Positions 23,076 to 25,733 of a stretch of 25,733 nucleotides of DNA are shown one piece after another. The notes under the pieces are model-generated. The model was given only the letters and a program-made list of their open reading frames with translations. It searched no databases and was not told the origin of the DNA. The DNA is taken from contig JAJXZU010000164.1 of NCBI GenBank assembly GCA_021779895.1, positions 1-25,733 on the forward strand, read 5' to 3'. The position numbers and the translations under genes were made by a program. How positions within the stretch are numbered: position 1 is the stretch's first letter; each line of letters begins with the position of its first letter. The DNA comes from a bacterium (GTDB lineage Bacteria > SZUA-79 > Acidulodesulfobacterales > Acidulodesulfobacteraceae).

Positions 23076-25733
23076 TTAATGCGCTTCAGCCCAGTTTTTT
23101 CCGACGCCGATGTTAATGGCAAGCGGAACGCCGGACAGGAGGTTTTGGGCAGTCATTAAAGGATCGACGATATCCTTAATATCGTTTATTAACGATTCCT
23201 CGACTTCGAATATAAGTTCGTCGTGAACCTGAAGAATCATCCTCGCGGATTCTTTTAATTCGGGACTGTTTTGCAGTTTTTTATAAATATTTACCATGGC
23301 AATTTTTATTATATCGGCGGCGGTTCCCTGAATAGGGGCATTAATCGCCGCTCTTTCGGAAAACGACGATAAATTTTTTATTCCCGAATTTATATTTTCT
23401 ATATAGCATTTTCTCCCGAAAGCCGTCCTGACGAATCCGTTCTGCTTAGCTTCTTTTACTGTCCGTTCCATATAATCCCAAATTGCCGGATGGTTTTTAA
23501 AGAATAAATTTATATAAAGTTTTGCTTCCTCGGCGGAAATACCGAGTTCTTTGGACAAGCCGAAAGGGCTCATGCCGTAAATTATCCCAAAATTAATTAC
23601 TTTTGCCTTCCTTCTCATATCTTTATCCACGGCATCCGCAACGACCCCGAAAATTTCAGCAGCCGTTTTTGTATGAATGTCTTCGTTATTTTTAAAACTT
23701 TCGGTTAACGCTTTATCTCCGGAAATAGACGCCATAACCCTTAAATCTATCTGGGAATAGTCCGCCGAAAGCAGAAGGCGGCCTTCTTTTGCGATAAAAG
23801 ACTGCCTTATTTTAACGCCTTCCGTCCCTGAAGCCGGAATATTCTGAAGATTAGGGCTCTGGCTTGCAAGCCTGCCCGTAGAAGTCGTTGTCTGGGAAAA
23901 AGACGTGTGTACCCTGCCGTTTTTATCGATTTCCCTTAAAAGCACGTCAACGAAAGAAGTCTTAAGTTTTATCTTGTTTCTGTATGCCATAAGACTGTCT
24001 ATAAATAAGAGATAGTCTTTTAAGGTCTTGTCTTCGTTGCCGTTTCCGAGAATTATTTCGAATTCCGTTTTTAACGTCTGAAGAACTTCTATATCTGTGC
24101 TATTTTTTTTAACCCGCTTAAATTTCATCTCGTCGAACATAACCGCACTTAACTGTTTAGGCGAATTAATATTAAATTCCCTTCCGGCTATTTTATGTAT
24201 AATACCCGTAAGTTTTTTTGAATCCGAATCTAAAGACGCGGATAAAGACATAAGCATATCTTTATCTACTTTAAACCCGGTTTTTTCCATTTCGAAAAGC
24301 ACCGCGGAAAGAGGCATATCGACTTCATAAAACAGATATTTTAAACCGGCGTCTTTTTCTATTTCTGTTTTTAATATCTTATATAAAGAATAGACCGTAA
24401 AAGCATAATTGTTTAAACCGTCTGATTTTACGCCGGCAAGCCGGTCCTCAAATTCGGTTTCTATATCGGTAAAACTATGGGAATGTTTTATCGGGTTCAA
24501 AAGATAAGAAGCTATTTTTATATCGAAATAAAGCCCGTTAACTTCAATTCCGTTATTTTCTAAAAACAGCTTTACGGCGTTTAGTCCGCAGCCTATCTTT
24601 AAAACTGAATTATCTTTCAATAAATTCATTACAATTTTATCTTCCGCGATATTTTTCGGATTAAATGACGCCGTACCTGTTTCTTGCGAATAGATATATA
24701 TAGTGTTTGATTCTCCGTCAAACAGTTCTTTATTTTTTTCGCTGAAATCGACATAAATCGAGAGACAGTCCCCAACGGCGGCATCGTCCTTTGTATCTCC
24801 GTTTGTTCCATCGGGTTTATCGTCCGGTTTATTATGTATAATTCCCAAATCTTTTACTAAAGAATTGAATTCAAGCTCCTTAAAAACTGCGTAAAGTCCT
24901 TCTTTGTTTTTTTCTTTTAAGGCAAAATCGTTAATAGAATTAAATGTTTTATGATAGGACGCATATTTTTCCGAATCGGGCGTAAAATATGCTTTGGTTA
25001 AATCTACGTCTTTATAAAATGAAGCAAGCTCCAAACTCTTATATGCGTCTTCCTTATAATTTACTAAAAGTTCTTTAAGTCTAGGCTTATGAACGGAGTC
25101 TATATTCCTATAAATACCGTCCAGGCTATGATAATCTTTAATTAAAGCAAATGCCGTTTTTTCTCCTATTCCTTTAACCCCCGGTATATTATCGGACGCG
25201 TCGCCCATAAGCGCCAAAACATACCGGTACTCATAAGGCTTTATCCCGTTTTCTTCTTCAAAGCTTTTGTCGGTTATTACCTTATTCTTAAGGGCATCGT
25301 ATATAAAAACGCCGGACGATAACAACTGCTTTAAGTCTTTATCGCTGCTTACTATACAGATAGATACGGAGCTTTCTTCAAAGTTGTTTACTATGCGGGC
25401 AATTAAGTCGTCCGCCTCATATCCGTTAAGCTTAAACGTTTCGAAGCCGAGCAGATAAGAAATATCGGTAAGATAATCTACCTGCGAAACTAAATCTTCC
25501 GGCATCCCTTTCCTATTGGCTTTATAAGCTTCATAAGACTGTTTTCTGAAACTTTCCTTGGAATCGAAAAGACAGGCGCCGTATTTTATATCAGCCTCTT
25601 TAATCAGCTTCATAAGCATCCTTGTATATCCTAGCGATGCGCCGGTCGGATTGCCCTTTGAATTTGTAAGCGGGGGGAGGGCATAATATGCCCTGTAGAA
25701 ATAAGAACTGGAATCTATTAAAAAAAGATCGGC
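23076..25733 (-). CDS. polA: DNA polymerase I (5'-truncated by window edge)
   Basis: Frame is open from 25733 (ADLFLIDSSSYFYRAYYALPPL..., 5'-3' exonuclease); polymerase motifs TGRLASQSPNLQNIP, DYSQIDLR, KVINFGIIYG, QVHDEL. Confidence 0.97.
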   Translation of the reverse strand, partial: ADLFLIDSSSYFYRAYYALPPLTNSKGNPTGASLGYTRMLMKLIKEADIKYGACLFDSKESFRKQSYEAYKANRKGMPEDLVSQVDYLTDISYLLGFETFKLNGYEADDLIARIVNNFEESSVSICIVSSDKDLKQLLSSGVFIYDALKNKVITDKSFEEENGIKPYEYRYVLALMGDASDNIPGVKGIGEKTAFALIKDYHSLDGIYRNIDSVHKPRLKELLVNYKEDAYKSLELASFYKDVDLTKAYFTPDSEKYASYHKTFNSINDFALKEKNKEGLYAVFKELEFNSLVKDLGIIHNKPDDKPDGTNGDTKDDAAVGDCLSIYVDFSEKNKELFDGESNTIYIYSQETGTASFNPKNIAEDKIVMNLLKDNSVLKIGCGLNAVKLFLENNGIEVNGLYFDIKIASYLLNPIKHSHSFTDIETEFEDRLAGVKSDGLNNYAFTVYSLYKILKTEIEKDAGLKYLFYEVDMPLSAVLFEMEKTGFKVDKDMLMSLSASLDSDSKKLTGIIHKIAGREFNINSPKQLSAVMFDEMKFKRVKKNSTDIEVLQTLKTEFEIILGNGNEDKTLKDYLLFIDSLMAYRNKIKLKTSFVDVLLREIDKNGRVHTSFSQTTTSTGRLASQSPNLQNIPASGTEGVKIRQSFIAKEGRLLLSADYSQIDLRVMASISGDKALTESFKNNEDIHTKTAAEIFGVVADAVDKDMRRKAKVINFGIIYGMSPFGLSKELGISAEEAKLYINLFFKNHPAIWDYMERTVKEAKQNGFVRTAFGRKCYIENINSGIKNLSSFSERAAINAPIQGTAADIIKIAMVNIYKKLQNSPELKESARMILQVHDELIFEVEESLINDIKDIVDPLMTAQNLLSGVPLAINIGVGKNWAEAH

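Noticed and set aside
5197-25458. Remaining short track ORFs overlapping nosZ, nosR, nosD, nosF, nosX, ccoG, ccoI, ccoO, ccoN and polA, including 17367-17645 (+) and 18135-18680 (+)
   Set aside because: Antisense or out-of-frame overlaps of well-supported genes, with no RBS or recognisable motif.
1-25733. CRISPR arrays, tRNA/rRNA genes, IS elements
   Set aside because: No regularly spaced repeats, cloverleaf or rRNA signatures, or transposase ORFs were seen; intergenic gaps are short and otherwise explained.

Overview
AT-rich bacterial window that is almost entirely one respiratory gene block next to a housekeeping gene. Left, minus strand: moeA-like gene, an outer-membrane beta-barrel and a Tat-exported (periplasm-facing) NarG-type molybdoenzyme that runs off the window start and is missing from the ORF track. 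Middle, plus strand: a clade I nitrous oxide reductase cluster in the unusual order nosZ-L-R-D-F-Y-orf88-DUF6516-like-nosX. Right, minus strand: a variant cbb3-type oxidase cluster (ccoN, ccoO fused to a second cytochrome c, ccoI, ccoS, a 44-aa membrane microprotein, two tandem ccoG-like genes; ccoS and the microprotein are not in the ORF track), then polA, which is 5'-truncated by the window end. Four TGTGA-N6-TCACA (CRP/HcpR-like) boxes link the nar-side genes and the nos genes into one candidate regulon; three of the four sit exactly 21 bp from a -10 hexamer (class II, about -41.5). Most notable: a possible Tat-lipoprotein NosZ, a TumA/TumE-like pair translationally coupled inside the nos operon, a CcoN lacking the near-universal active-site Trp, and no nir/nor gene in the window between Nar and Nos. 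The basic exported proteins suggest an acidophile (inference). All family assignments come from motif recognition by eye; no database searches were run.
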